Positions 40,289-49,620 of a stretch of 64,000 nucleotides of DNA are shown piece by piece (within the stretch, counting starts at the first letter, position 1; every line of letters starts with the position of its first letter). Position numbers and translations under genes: made by a program. The stretch is from an uncultured Gemmatimonadales bacterium (GTDB taxonomy: Bacteria; Gemmatimonadota; Gemmatimonadetes; Gemmatimonadales; GWC2-71-9). The notes beneath the pieces are model-generated. The model was not told where the DNA came from, ran no database searches, and was given only the letters and a program-made list of their open reading frames with translations. The stretch is taken from NCBI GenBank assembly GCA_963757525.1, contig CAVWRM010000001.1, forward strand, positions 2,823,685-2,887,684, in the 5' to 3' direction.

Positions 40289-40725
40289 TCGTCGCGCGGG
40301 TCGGGGCGCCGCCGCTCCCGCTTGATGGTGGACCGCCGCCGCTTGGCCTCGAGCCGCGCCGCCTTGGCGGCCTTGCTTGGCCGGGTGGGCCTCCGCCGCT
40401 TCGGCACGCGCATCGCGGCGGCCACCACCTCGCGCAGTCGCATCGTCGCATCCTCGCGGTTGCGAAGCTGGCTGCGGGAGCCGCTCGAAACGAGCCGCAG
40501 GCGTCCGGACGAGTCGAGCCGGCTCGCGAGCCGGGTGAGAAGTCGCGCGCGCTGCTCCTCCGACAGCGACGGAGAGCCGGCCACGTCCCACCACACCTCG
40601 ACGCGGGTGGAGGACGTGTTCACATGCTGTCCGCCCGGTCCACCCGAGCGCGAGGCGCGGTAGTCCAGCTCTCCGAGCGGCAGGCGGAGATCCGGCGCGA
40701 TGGTGAGGTAACCGGGGTCGTCCAT
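40285..40725 (-). CDS. arfB: alternative ribosome-rescue factor ArfB (class I release-factor-like peptidyl-tRNA hydrolase)
   Basis: 146 aa with GGQ motif SGGPGGQHVNT and a basic C-terminal tail. ATGA overlap with the downstream gene. Confidence 0.85.
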   Translation of the reverse strand: MDDPGYLTIAPDLRLPLGELDYRASRSGGPGGQHVNTSSTRVEVWWDVAGSPSLSEEQRARLLTRLASRLDSSGRLRLVSSGSRSQLRNREDATMRLREVVAAAMRVPKRRRPTRPSKAAKAARLEAKRRRSTIKRERRRPDPRDE

Positions 40726-40801
40726 GCCCCCTATCTAACCCGCGCGTCGAGACGCCGCAAACCTTCTTCCGTTGCTTCGCGATAGCATTACGTTACTGCC
40801 C

Positions 40802-41611
40802 ATGACGGACCTCGACACACTGGGCCGGCACCTCCGCGGCATCGGACGCGCGTTGCTTGGCTACTCAGGCGGTGTGGACTCCGCCCTCGTCGCGGTTGCC
40901 GCGCGCCAGGCTCTCGGCCCGGATGATTTTCTCGCCGTCATCGGCCGCAGCGCGTCGTATCCCGAGACGCAGTGGCGCGCCGCGGTCGACCTGGCCCGTC
41001 GATTCGAGATCCCGCTGCTGGAAATCGACACCCACGAGCTGGCCGATCCGCGGTACCGGGCCAACCCCACCGACCGTTGCTACTTCTGCAAGACCGAGCT
41101 GTGGAGCCGGCTCGGCGAGCTGGCGTCGGCGCGGGGGTTTCCCACCCTGCTGGACGGGACCAACGCGGACGACCTTGGCGAGCACCGGCCGGGACTCCGA
41201 GCGGGACACGAGCACCGGATCCGCTCGCCGCTGGCGGAGCTGGGGTGGAGCAAGGCGCTCGTGCGTGACGCATCGAGAGCGCTGGGCATTCCCGGATGGG
41301 ATGCGCCGTCGGCGCCCTGTCTGTCGAGCCGCCTTCAGTACGGGCTGGAGGTCACGCCCCACCGGCTCCGGCAGGTCGAGGCGGGCGAAGCGTTCCTCCG
41401 TTCCCTGGGACTGGACGGCGATCTGCGCGTTCGGCACCATGGCGATCGGGCTCGCGTGGAGGTCGCGACCGAGCAGATGGACCGGGTCCGGCTGGAGTGG
41501 GATTCGGTCGAACGCTTCTTCTCAGGTCTAGGGTTCGTTGCGGTGGAGCTCGATCCCGGGGGCTACCGTCGGGGAGGGCTGCTGGCGCTGGCCTCGCTCG
41601 GCCGTTCTTGA
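40802..41611 (+). CDS. larE: PP-loop ATP-utilizing enzyme, LarE-like sulfur transferase family
   Basis: PP-loop GYSGGVDSALVA and conserved Cys context PSAPCLSSRLQYG. ATG 40802 within ORF 40772..41611. Confidence 0.7.
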   Translation: MTDLDTLGRHLRGIGRALLGYSGGVDSALVAVAARQALGPDDFLAVIGRSASYPETQWRAAVDLARRFEIPLLEIDTHELADPRYRANPTDRCYFCKTELWSRLGELASARGFPTLLDGTNADDLGEHRPGLRAGHEHRIRSPLAELGWSKALVRDASRALGIPGWDAPSAPCLSSRLQYGLEVTPHRLRQVEAGEAFLRSLGLDGDLRVRHHGDRARVEVATEQMDRVRLEWDSVERFFSGLGFVAVELDPGGYRRGGLLALASLGRS

Positions 41612-42168
41612 TGCGGCTCTTCGCCGCCATTCCGGTTACCGAGCCGGCCAGATCGCAGGCGCTGGGACTGCTCGGTCGCCTGCGGGAAACGGGCTGGCCG
41701 GTGCGTTGGGTGGGCGACGAAGGACTGCACCTCACGCTCAAGTTCTTCGGTGAGGTGGCGTCCGATCGGCTCGAGGTCATCGCCGAGGCGTTGCGATACG
41801 CCGCGGAGGGTGGGCCCGCGTTTCCGCTTCGTCTGGACCAGCTCGGTGCATTTCCGAGCCGTCGCAAGCCCAGGATCCTGTACCTGGGCCTCGAGAGTAC
41901 GCCGGCGCTGGAGCTGTTGCAGGACCGGATCGAGCGCGGGGGCGAGGCCATCGGCTTCCCGCCGGAGGGGAGGCCCTTCAACCCCCACATGACGCTCGGC
42001 CGCGTTCGCGAGGGACAGCGCTTGCCCCCGCCGGGGCTCGACGCGCACGACGACACCTTCGAGCGGGTGTGGTTCACCGGCACCCAGGTCGTCCTGTACG
42101 AGAGCGTGCTGACCCCCCAGGGCCCGCGGTACGAATCGAAGCTCACGCTCGATCTCGGTGGAACATGA
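41611..42168 (+). CDS. thpR: RNA 2',3'-cyclic phosphodiesterase (2H phosphoesterase, ThpR/LigT)
   Basis: 185 aa with two HxT motifs (HLTLKF, HMTLGR). The ATG overlaps the larE-like TGA by 1 nt. Confidence 0.85.
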   Translation: MRLFAAIPVTEPARSQALGLLGRLRETGWPVRWVGDEGLHLTLKFFGEVASDRLEVIAEALRYAAEGGPAFPLRLDQLGAFPSRRKPRILYLGLESTPALELLQDRIERGGEAIGFPPEGRPFNPHMTLGRVREGQRLPPPGLDAHDDTFERVWFTGTQVVLYESVLTPQGPRYESKLTLDLGGT

Positions 42169-43517
42169 GCCATCGCGTTCTCATCGTGGACGATGAAGCC
42201 GGCATCAGGCAGGCGCTGAAGCAGGTGCTGGAATACGAGAGCCTGGACGTGCGGGTCGCCTCGTCGGGTGGCGAGGCCATCTCGCTCTACTCCGAGTTCC
42301 GTCCCCACCTCGTCTTCCTCGACGTCAAGATGGCGGGCCTCGACGGGCTCGAGACGCTCACCCGGCTCCGCGACCTCGACGGCGCCGCGCAGGTCGTGAT
42401 GATCTCCGGCCACGGCACCATCGCCACCGCGGTCGAGGCGACTCAGCGCGGCGCGTTCGACTTCCTGGAAAAGCCGCTCGACACCGATCGCCTGCTGCTC
42501 ACCGTCCGCAACGCGCTGGCCCACGTCCAGCTCGCCGGCGAGAATGCCCGTCTCCGTCAGGTCACCGAGGGGAAGTACCAGATGGTGGGCTCGAGCCCCG
42601 CGCTGCAGCGGGTCCGGGAGCTCATCGACAAGGTCGGCCCCACGGCCGCCCGCGTCCTCATCACCGGTGAGAACGGCACGGGCAAGGAGCTCGTCGCGCG
42701 GGGCCTGCACGAGGCCTCGCCCCGCCGGGCGGCGGCCTTCGTCGAGGTGAACTGCGCGGCCATTCCTTCGGAGCTGATCGAGAGCGAGCTGTTCGGGCAC
42801 ATGAAGGGCTCGTTCACGGGCGCCTTCGCCGACCGGGCGGGCAAGTTCGAGCAGGCCGACGGGGGCACGCTGTTCCTCGACGAGGTCGGCGACATGTCGC
42901 TGCCGGCCCAGGCGAAGCTCCTCCGCGTGCTGCAGGAAGGCGTGGTCAGCCGCATCGGCGGCTCCAAGTCCATCCAGGTGGACGTCCGGGTGCTGGCCGC
43001 CACCAACAAGGACCTGGAATCGGAGATCGCCGAGGGCCGCTTCCGTGAAGACCTGCTCTATCGGCTGAACGTGGTGCCTATCGAGGTGCCGGCGCTGCGG
43101 GAGCGTGTCGAGGACATCCCGGCGCTCGTCGCGCACTTCGCCGCGGAGCTGGCGCCGGGTGCCGGCGCCCAGGGCCGGAAGTTCGCCAACGACGCCGTCC
43201 GCCGGCTGCAGGATCGGACCTGGCCCGGCAACATCCGGGAGCTGCGGAACGCGGTGGAGCGTGCGCTCATCCTCTCCTCCGGCAAGGTCGTGACCGCCGG
43301 CGACATCGACCGGCTGCTGCCCGACGTCAACGCCGAGGCGGGGGAGCCGACGCAGAGCTACGAGACGTTCAAGCAGGAGACCGAAAAGGCGTTTCTCGTC
43401 CAGCACCTGCGGCAGCACGACTGGAACGTGTCCGAGACCGCGCGCGCGCTCCGGATGCCGCGCTCCAACCTCTACAAGAAGATCGAGCGGTACGGTCTCA
43501 CCCGGGATATCGTATGA
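42165..43517 (+). CDS. sigma-54-dependent response regulator (REC-AAA+-Fis HTH; NtrC/NtrX-like)
   Basis: 450 aa from ATG 42165 (ATGA overlap). REC region ILIVDDE...FLDVKM, Walker A GENGTGKE, GSFTGA loop and a C-terminal HTH. Confidence 0.85.
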   Translation: MSHRVLIVDDEAGIRQALKQVLEYESLDVRVASSGGEAISLYSEFRPHLVFLDVKMAGLDGLETLTRLRDLDGAAQVVMISGHGTIATAVEATQRGAFDFLEKPLDTDRLLLTVRNALAHVQLAGENARLRQVTEGKYQMVGSSPALQRVRELIDKVGPTAARVLITGENGTGKELVARGLHEASPRRAAAFVEVNCAAIPSELIESELFGHMKGSFTGAFADRAGKFEQADGGTLFLDEVGDMSLPAQAKLLRVLQEGVVSRIGGSKSIQVDVRVLAATNKDLESEIAEGRFREDLLYRLNVVPIEVPALRERVEDIPALVAHFAAELAPGAGAQGRKFANDAVRRLQDRTWPGNIRELRNAVERALILSSGKVVTAGDIDRLLPDVNAEAGEPTQSYETFKQETEKAFLVQHLRQHDWNVSETARALRMPRSNLYKKIERYGLTRDIV

Positions 43518-44104
43518 GCGAGCGGCCGAGGGACTGGGAGAAGGAGCTGGCGGACATCGACAAGGTGATCGCGCGTCAAGGGAGCGCACCCGCGCCGAGC
43601 CCGGCACCGGGCGCCGTGTCGCCGCCGCCGCGATCTGTGCCGAGCGGCGGGACCACGACGCGGGGGCATGTCGTGCTCACCTGGTTCTGGGTGTTTCTCG
43701 CCGTGGCGCTGGCCGCGGCGCTCCTGCTGTGGCCCTACGACAAGACCTGCGGGCTCCAGCTCACCTTCTTTCTCGGCGCGGTGGCCACCACGGCCATCTT
43801 CGCGCTCCTCGGGGCCTTTTCGGCCTGGCTGCATCGGCGGGCGTTGGCGCACCTGCTGTCGATGCTGGTGCTGGTCTGGGCCGGCGTGGCGTCCGCCGGC
43901 GAGATTCTCCCTCGTATCGGCTACGCCAAGGAGACGCGGACGTGGCTGTGCCCCTCGGCACCCGTCGTTCCCGCCAGCACGAGTCCCACGATGACGCCGC
44001 CGGCTCAGACGCCGCCGGCTCAAACGACGCCGGCGCCCGCTCCCACGACTCCGGCGTCACCGGCACCGGCTGCCCGGGCACCGGCGCAGCCTCCAGCGCA
44101 ATAA
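43514..44104 (+). CDS. hypothetical membrane protein with Pro/Thr/Ala-rich tail
   Basis: 196 aa with four hydrophobic helices and a C-terminal PTMTPPAQTPPAQTTPAPAPTTPASPAPA. ATGA overlap with the regulator gene. Confidence 0.55.
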   Translation: MSERPRDWEKELADIDKVIARQGSAPAPSPAPGAVSPPPRSVPSGGTTTRGHVVLTWFWVFLAVALAAALLLWPYDKTCGLQLTFFLGAVATTAIFALLGAFSAWLHRRALAHLLSMLVLVWAGVASAGEILPRIGYAKETRTWLCPSAPVVPASTSPTMTPPAQTPPAQTTPAPAPTTPASPAPAARAPAQPPAQ

Positions 44105-44127
44105 TCCCATACTCGTAACGGGACCTC

Positions 44128-45618
44128 ATGGCCAAGACCTTTCGTAATCTCATCGCCGGCGATTGGGTGGCGCCGCAGTCCGGCGTCTACTTCGAGAACC
44201 GCAATCCCGCCGATACCAGCGACCTGATCGGCCGCTTTCCGGATTCCGACCGGCGTGACCTCGACGCCGCGGTGCGCTCGGCACGCCGGGGGTTCGCCCG
44301 GTGGTCGCGGACACCGGCCCCCGAGCGGGGCGACGTCCTCCGACGGGTGGGCGACCTCCTGGTCGAGCGGAAGGAGGCCATCGCGGACGCGATGACGCGT
44401 GAGATGGGCAAGGTGCTGGCGGAGACCCGGGGCGACGTGCAGGAGGGCATCGATACCGCGTATTACGCCGCCACCGAAGGACGCCGGCTCTTCGGTCACG
44501 TCGTGCCGTCGGAGCTGCGCTCCAAATGGGCGATGACCTATCGCCGGCCCATCGGCGTGGTAGGGCTCATCACGCCCTTCAACTTTCCGCTCGCGATCCC
44601 GACGTGGAAGATGTTCCCCGCGTTGCTCTGCGGAAACGCGGTGGTGATCAAACCCTCCGAGGACGTGCCCCACACCGTGCATCTGCTGGTGGAGATCCTG
44701 CTCGAGGCGGGGCTCCCTCCGGAGGTGGTGCAGCTCGTGCATGGCCGGGGTGAGACCGTGGGCAAGGCCCTGGTCGAGCACCCCGACGTCCCCGTCATCT
44801 CCTTCACCGGCTCCACCGACACCGGTGCCCTCATCGGCGAAACCTGCGGCCGGATGCACAAGCGGCTGTCGCTCGAGATGGGCGGCAAGAACGCCATGAT
44901 CGTGATGGACGACGCGGACCTCGATCTGGCGCTCGAGGGCATCCTGTGGGGCGCCTTCGGGACGACGGGCCAGCGCTGCACCGCCACCAGCCGCCTCATC
45001 CTCCACCAGAAGATCCACGATCGCTTCGTCCGCCGTCTCGCCGAGGCGGCCGACCGGCTGCGGCTGGGCGACGGCCGCGCGGAGCGCACCGATGTGGGGC
45101 CGCTGATCCACGAAGCGGCGCGCGAGAAGGTCGGCCGTTACGTCGAAATCGGCCGGGAGGAGGGAGCCGAGCTGGTCACGGGCGGCAAGGCGCCCCGAGG
45201 GAGCCTGGCCGGCGGCTGGTTTTACCGTCCGACCATCTTCACGGGCGTCAAGCCGGGCAGCCGCCTCGAGCAGGAGGAGATTTTCGGCCCGGTCCTGAGC
45301 GTGATCAAGGTCCGGTCGTTCGACGAGGCGGTCCGGGTGAATAACGATGTGCGCTACGGGCTGTCGAGCTCCGTCTACACGGCCGACGTGGATCTCGCCT
45401 TCCGGGCGATGCAGGATCTCGACAACGGGATCACATACGTGAACGCGCCGACGATCGGCGCGGAGGCGCACCTCCCCTTCGGCGGGGTCAAGGCCACCGG
45501 CAACGGCCATCGCGAGGGCGGCTGGGAAGTCTACGAGTTCTACTCCGAGACCAAGGTGTGTTACGTGGATTACTCGGGCAAGCTGCAGCGCGCGCAAATC
45601 GATGCGTATGAGTTGTAG
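44128..45618 (+). CDS. NAD(P)-dependent aldehyde dehydrogenase
   Basis: 496 aa. Motifs LEMGGKNA, GQRCTATSR and EEIFGPV. Confidence 0.9.
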   Translation: MAKTFRNLIAGDWVAPQSGVYFENRNPADTSDLIGRFPDSDRRDLDAAVRSARRGFARWSRTPAPERGDVLRRVGDLLVERKEAIADAMTREMGKVLAETRGDVQEGIDTAYYAATEGRRLFGHVVPSELRSKWAMTYRRPIGVVGLITPFNFPLAIPTWKMFPALLCGNAVVIKPSEDVPHTVHLLVEILLEAGLPPEVVQLVHGRGETVGKALVEHPDVPVISFTGSTDTGALIGETCGRMHKRLSLEMGGKNAMIVMDDADLDLALEGILWGAFGTTGQRCTATSRLILHQKIHDRFVRRLAEAADRLRLGDGRAERTDVGPLIHEAAREKVGRYVEIGREEGAELVTGGKAPRGSLAGGWFYRPTIFTGVKPGSRLEQEEIFGPVLSVIKVRSFDEAVRVNNDVRYGLSSSVYTADVDLAFRAMQDLDNGITYVNAPTIGAEAHLPFGGVKATGNGHREGGWEVYEFYSETKVCYVDYSGKLQRAQIDAYEL

Positions 45619-45716
45619 GTCGTGAGTCACGAGTCTTGGCGTGCAAGGTTTGGTTCGCGCGACCGTGACCCGTGACCCGTGACCCCGTGACCCGCGACTC
45701 GTAACCCGTGACGCGC
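45619..45716. repeat. period-7 array (ACCCGTG-type units) flanked by complementary outer arms
   Basis: Begins at the nucleotide after the TAG stop. Units are gaccgtg acccgtg acccgtg accccgtg acccgcg actcgta acccgtg. The outer segment gtcacgagtc (45626-45635) is near-complementary to gactcgtaac (45695-45704). Confidence 0.75.
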
Positions 45717-45777
45717 ATCACTACGCATTGCGTCCAGGTGGGCCGGAGGGTAAGGTTCCACAGGTCGCCCAATCAAG

Positions 45778-46668
45778 ATGGCTACGAGGTGCAAGCGAAT
45801 GCGTCCAATGCAGGTCGGCACCGGGAAGCGGGGACCCTCGTTCGATGAGGGGTCGCTGGACCAGTATCTCCGCGAGATCAGCCGGTACCCCCTGATTCCG
45901 CAGGAAGAGGAAGTGAGCCTCGCCCAGCGGATCCGCACGGGCGACGGCGAAGCACTCGACAAGCTCGTGCGGAGCAACCTCCGCTTCGTGGTCTCGGTCG
46001 CGAAGAAGTACCAGAATCAGGGTGTGTCGCTCGCCGATCTGATCAACGAGGGCAACCTCGGCCTGATCCGTGCGGCGCACAAGTTCGACGAGACCAAGGG
46101 CATCAAGTTCATCTCGTACGCGGTCTGGTGGATTCGCCAGGCCATCCTGCAGGCCCTTGCTGAACAGAGCCGGATCGTCCGCGTGCCGCTCAACCGGGCC
46201 GGGACGCTCCACCGGATCGGCAAGCGCTCCTCCGCGCTGCTCCAGGAGCTGGGACGGGAGCCCACGCCCTCCGAGATCGCGGAAGGGATGGACATCTCGA
46301 TGGAGGAAGTGCAGAAGACGCTCTCCATCTCCCAGAACCACCTCTCGCTCGACGCGCCCCTCACGCCGGGCGAGGACAACAAGCTCCTCGACTACCTCCC
46401 CGACACCCAGAATCCCGGGCCCGACTCCGAGACCTTCGAGCACGCGCTCACCCAGTCCATCGAGGAAGTGCTGTCCACCCTCAAGGAGCGCGAAGCCAAG
46501 ATTCTCCGCCTCTATTTCGGGCTCGATGGGCCCGAGCCGATGACCCTCGAGGAGATCGGCAGCCTGCTGGGCATCACCCGCGAGCGGGTCCGGCAGATAA
46601 AGGAAAAGGCGCTCAGCCGCCTGCGGCACGTCAGCCGGGCGCGGGCGCTGGAGAGTTTTCTGGCTTAG
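45778..46668 (+). CDS. RNA polymerase sigma-70 family factor, RpoD-like (short primary-type)
   Basis: 296 aa. Region 2 is LVRSNLRFVVSVAKKY...LINEGNLGLIRAAHKFD...FISYAVWWIRQAI. Region 4.2 is TLEEIGSLLGITRERVRQIKEKAL. Confidence 0.9.
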   Translation: MATRCKRMRPMQVGTGKRGPSFDEGSLDQYLREISRYPLIPQEEEVSLAQRIRTGDGEALDKLVRSNLRFVVSVAKKYQNQGVSLADLINEGNLGLIRAAHKFDETKGIKFISYAVWWIRQAILQALAEQSRIVRVPLNRAGTLHRIGKRSSALLQELGREPTPSEIAEGMDISMEEVQKTLSISQNHLSLDAPLTPGEDNKLLDYLPDTQNPGPDSETFEHALTQSIEEVLSTLKEREAKILRLYFGLDGPEPMTLEEIGSLLGITRERVRQIKEKALSRLRHVSRARALESFLA

Positions 46669-46670
46669 GA

Positions 46671-46768
46671 GCTACGGGCTACGGGCTACGGGCTGCGAGC
46701 TGCGAGCTCTCGGCCCGAGGTACCATGGTCCAGCCCGCCGCCCGCCCCGCCGCCCGCCACCCGCAGCC
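46671..46768. repeat. period-7 array (GCTACGG x3, GCTGCGA x2 ...) followed by a C-rich heptad-like tract
   Basis: Starts 2 nt after the sigma-factor TAG. The units are the same family as, or the complement of, those at 3726-3798. Confidence 0.7.
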
Positions 46769-46774
46769 TTAACG

Positions 46775-47278
46775 ATGCCAAGCACCGCTTCCTTCGACAT
46801 TTCCACCGGCGCCGATCTGCAGGAAGTCGACAACGCCATCAATCAGGCGTTGAAGGAGATCGGCCAGCGGTACGACTTCAAAGGCACCCACTGCACGATC
46901 GACTTCGACCGCCCCAAGGCCGAGATCCGGCTGGCGGCCGATGACGAGTTCCGGATGGATGCGCTGGTGGACGTTCTCCAGGGCCGAATGGTGAAGCGAG
47001 GCGTGCCGATCAAGAATCTGAAGGTGGGTGACGTCGTCGCGGCCACCGGCCAATCGGTGCGGCGCACGATCACACTGACACAGGGCATTCCGCAGGACGC
47101 CGCGAAGAAAATCATCAAGACGATCAAGGACAGCGGGATCAAGAAGACCCAGGCCACGATTCAGGGCGACGAGATCAGGGTCACCAGCCCTTCGCGCGAC
47201 GACCTGCAGTCGGTCATCACCCTGCTGCGGCGCGAGGACTTCGGGATCGAGCTCCGGTTTGGCAACTATCGGGGCTGA
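46775..47278 (+). CDS. yajQ: YajQ family (UPF0234) nucleotide / cyclic-di-GMP-binding protein
   Basis: 167 aa. N-terminus is MPSTASFDISTGADLQEVDNAINQALKEIGQRYDFKG. Confidence 0.85.
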   Translation: MPSTASFDISTGADLQEVDNAINQALKEIGQRYDFKGTHCTIDFDRPKAEIRLAADDEFRMDALVDVLQGRMVKRGVPIKNLKVGDVVAATGQSVRRTITLTQGIPQDAAKKIIKTIKDSGIKKTQATIQGDEIRVTSPSRDDLQSVITLLRREDFGIELRFGNYRG

Positions 47279-48578
47279 GAACCGGCGTCGCCGAATCGTT
47301 GGGTGGGTCGGTACTGCCGGAGCGGCCGGGCTGGCCGCGTGGGTGGTGCTGGGAAGCTGCACGCCGATTCCGGGGACGCCCGCACCGAGTCCCACGCCCG
47401 TGGCGCCCGCGCCCGAGCCGGCCGGCGGGCAGCCGGAGATCCGGGTCGGGCTCGCGGTGGGGGCCTCCACCGCGACGATCGGAGGCCGGGGCGAGCTCCT
47501 GGTGCACGATCCGGCGGGCTCGCTGCTGGCCCGGGTCGGACCGGCGGAAATCTGGCGCATCGCGATCACGGGGACGGGGCTTGTGGTGGTGAGTCCGGCG
47601 GGGGGTAACTCGACGCCGTCGGGCCAGCTCGAGATTCTTCCGGCCGACAGCGGCGCCACCGTGCCGGTGAATGGTCGGCCGTATCGCGGCACCGTGTCGG
47701 TCCTGCGCGACCGCACCGGCATCACCCTCGTCAATCGGCTTCCGCTCGAGGAGTATCTCCGGGGCGTCGTGTCGGCCGAGATGGGGCGACGGAGCCCCTC
47801 GGAGCAGGAAGCGCTGCGGGCCCAGGCGGTGGTCTCCCGGACCTACGCCGTGCGGAACCAGGGACGGTGGGCCTCGGCCGGTTTCGATCTCTACGCGGGT
47901 ACCGCCGACCAGGTCTACGGCGGGGCGGCCGCCGAGACCCCGGAGGGGCTGGAGGCCGTGGGTTCGACCCGGGGCGAGATTCTCACCTACCATGGTGGCC
48001 CGATCGACGCATTCTTCTACTCCACCTGCGGCGGTCGCACCGCGGATGGGACGGAGATCTTTCGTGCGGCCGATCGTCCCTACCTGCGATCGATTGCTGA
48101 CGTGGACCGTGCCGGCATCGCCTATTGCAGCATCTCACCGCGGTTCCGGTGGCACGAGGAGTGGAGCGGGGAGGTTCTCCGGAGTACCGTGCGGCGCACC
48201 TTGCCGGCCGCGGTCGGCGGCGTTGCGGCGGCCGAGATACGCGAGATTCGCGACGTGCGGGTGGCCGGTATATCCGCGTCGGGCCGCGTCAGCAGGCTGA
48301 GCATCGACATCGGCGGCCGGGTCGTCGAGGTCGACGAGCCGATCATCCGGCAGGTGCTGCGCCCTCCCTCCGGCGACCTACTGCGAAGCAACACGTTCAC
48401 GCTGAGAGCTACAGGTGCGAGCCGGCGAGTCATCCGGTTGGTGGCGGACGGCGCGGGCGCCGGACACGGCGTCGGCTTCTGCCAGTGGGGCGCCGTCGGA
48501 CGCGCGCGGGTGGGACAGAACTACCAGCAGATTCTGGCGTCATATTACTCGGGCACCACCCTCGAGCGCCTCTATTGA
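47259..48578 (+). CDS. SpoIID/LytB domain protein (putative lipoprotein)
   Basis: Contains EEYLRGVVSAEMG...EALRAQAVVSRTYA and CQWGA. Lipobox-like VLGSC. The TTG 47259 start is uncertain. Confidence 0.8.
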   Translation: MATIGAENRRRRIVGWVGTAGAAGLAAWVVLGSCTPIPGTPAPSPTPVAPAPEPAGGQPEIRVGLAVGASTATIGGRGELLVHDPAGSLLARVGPAEIWRIAITGTGLVVVSPAGGNSTPSGQLEILPADSGATVPVNGRPYRGTVSVLRDRTGITLVNRLPLEEYLRGVVSAEMGRRSPSEQEALRAQAVVSRTYAVRNQGRWASAGFDLYAGTADQVYGGAAAETPEGLEAVGSTRGEILTYHGGPIDAFFYSTCGGRTADGTEIFRAADRPYLRSIADVDRAGIAYCSISPRFRWHEEWSGEVLRSTVRRTLPAAVGGVAAAEIREIRDVRVAGISASGRVSRLSIDIGGRVVEVDEPIIRQVLRPPSGDLLRSNTFTLRATGASRRVIRLVADGAGAGHGVGFCQWGAVGRARVGQNYQQILASYYSGTTLERLY

Positions 48579-48591
48579 GAAGGAAGGACGC

Positions 48592-49620
48592 ATGACCGCC
48601 AGCCGCGCCGCCAGCGAGCGCATCCGTCTCGGCATCGTCGGGGGTGGCGCCATCACCCAGGTGGCCCACCTGCCGGTGCTCAAGCGATTCAAGGGCATGG
48701 TGGTGGAAGCCATCTGCGATACGGACCTTCCCAAGGCTCGGGCCCTGGCCGATCGCTTCGGCGTCAAGGACGCGCTCGACGACATCGAAGACATGCTGCG
48801 GTTCGAGTCCCTCGATGCCGTGGTCATCTGCTCCCCGAATCACCTCCACGAATCCCACATTCTCGCCGCCCTCTCCGCCAACCTCCACGTCCTGGTGGAG
48901 AAGCCGCTCGCGATGACCGCGGCGTCGGTGCAGCGCATCGTCCGCGCGGCTGAAAAGCGGGACCGGGTCGTCATGGTGGGGATGAATCATCGCTATCGGC
49001 CCGACGTCCAGGCCGTGCGCAGCTTCGCCCAGGGAGGTGAGCTCGGCCGCATCGAGAGCGTGCGCGGGAGCTGGCACGTCTTCCGGCCGGGGCGCACTCA
49101 GCTCGGCTGGCGCCAGCGCCGCGATCAGTCCGGCGGCGGAGCGATCCTCGACCTCGGCCTGTCGATCCTCGACCTCGAGATGTGGCTGGCCGGCAACCCG
49201 ACTCCGGTTCGGGTGAGCGCGAGCCTCGATGCCGACGCGCGTGACCGCTCGGTGGAGCAATCAGGCAGCGCCTTCGTGGTCTGCGAAGGCAGCGTGTCCC
49301 TGTTCATGGACGTGACCTGGCGGCATCTCGGCGCGGGCGAACGCTTCGGCGTGGGCATTCGGGGCAGCAAGGGCATCGCCGCGATCAACCCGCTCATCGT
49401 CTGGAAAGAGCTGCACGGCACGCCCACCGATGTCTCGCCCACCGGGTCCGGCAGCCGGGAGAACCCGTTCACCGCCTCATATCGGGCCGAGTGGGCGCAC
49501 TTCGCGGCGGCCATCGCCGGCGAGGTGAAGGTGCCCGACCTGACGGAGCATCTCGTCCTTCACCAAGTCATCGATGCGATCTATCGCTCCGCCGCCGACG
49601 GCCGCGACGTGACCCTGTGA
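48592..49620 (+). CDS. Gfo/Idh/MocA family oxidoreductase
   Basis: AGGAAGGA lies upstream of ATG 48592. Rossmann region IRLGIVGGGAITQVAHLPVL and the EKP motif (VLVEKPLA). Confidence 0.85.
   Translation: MTASRAASERIRLGIVGGGAITQVAHLPVLKRFKGMVVEAICDTDLPKARALADRFGVKDALDDIEDMLRFESLDAVVICSPNHLHESHILAALSANLHVLVEKPLAMTAASVQRIVRAAEKRDRVVMVGMNHRYRPDVQAVRSFAQGGELGRIESVRGSWHVFRPGRTQLGWRQRRDQSGGGAILDLGLSILDLEMWLAGNPTPVRVSASLDADARDRSVEQSGSAFVVCEGSVSLFMDVTWRHLGAGERFGVGIRGSKGIAAINPLIVWKELHGTPTDVSPTGSGSRENPFTASYRAEWAHFAAAIAGEVKVPDLTEHLVLHQVIDAIYRSAADGRDVTL

Noticed and set aside
47945-47962. tRNA T-arm-like GGTTCGACCC string (a similar GTTCGAGTCC occurs near 48801)
   Set aside because: Both lie inside well-supported CDSs (SpoIID-domain protein and Gfo/Idh/MocA oxidoreductase) and lack flanking acceptor or anticodon stems. 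No tRNA gene was found in any intergenic gap.
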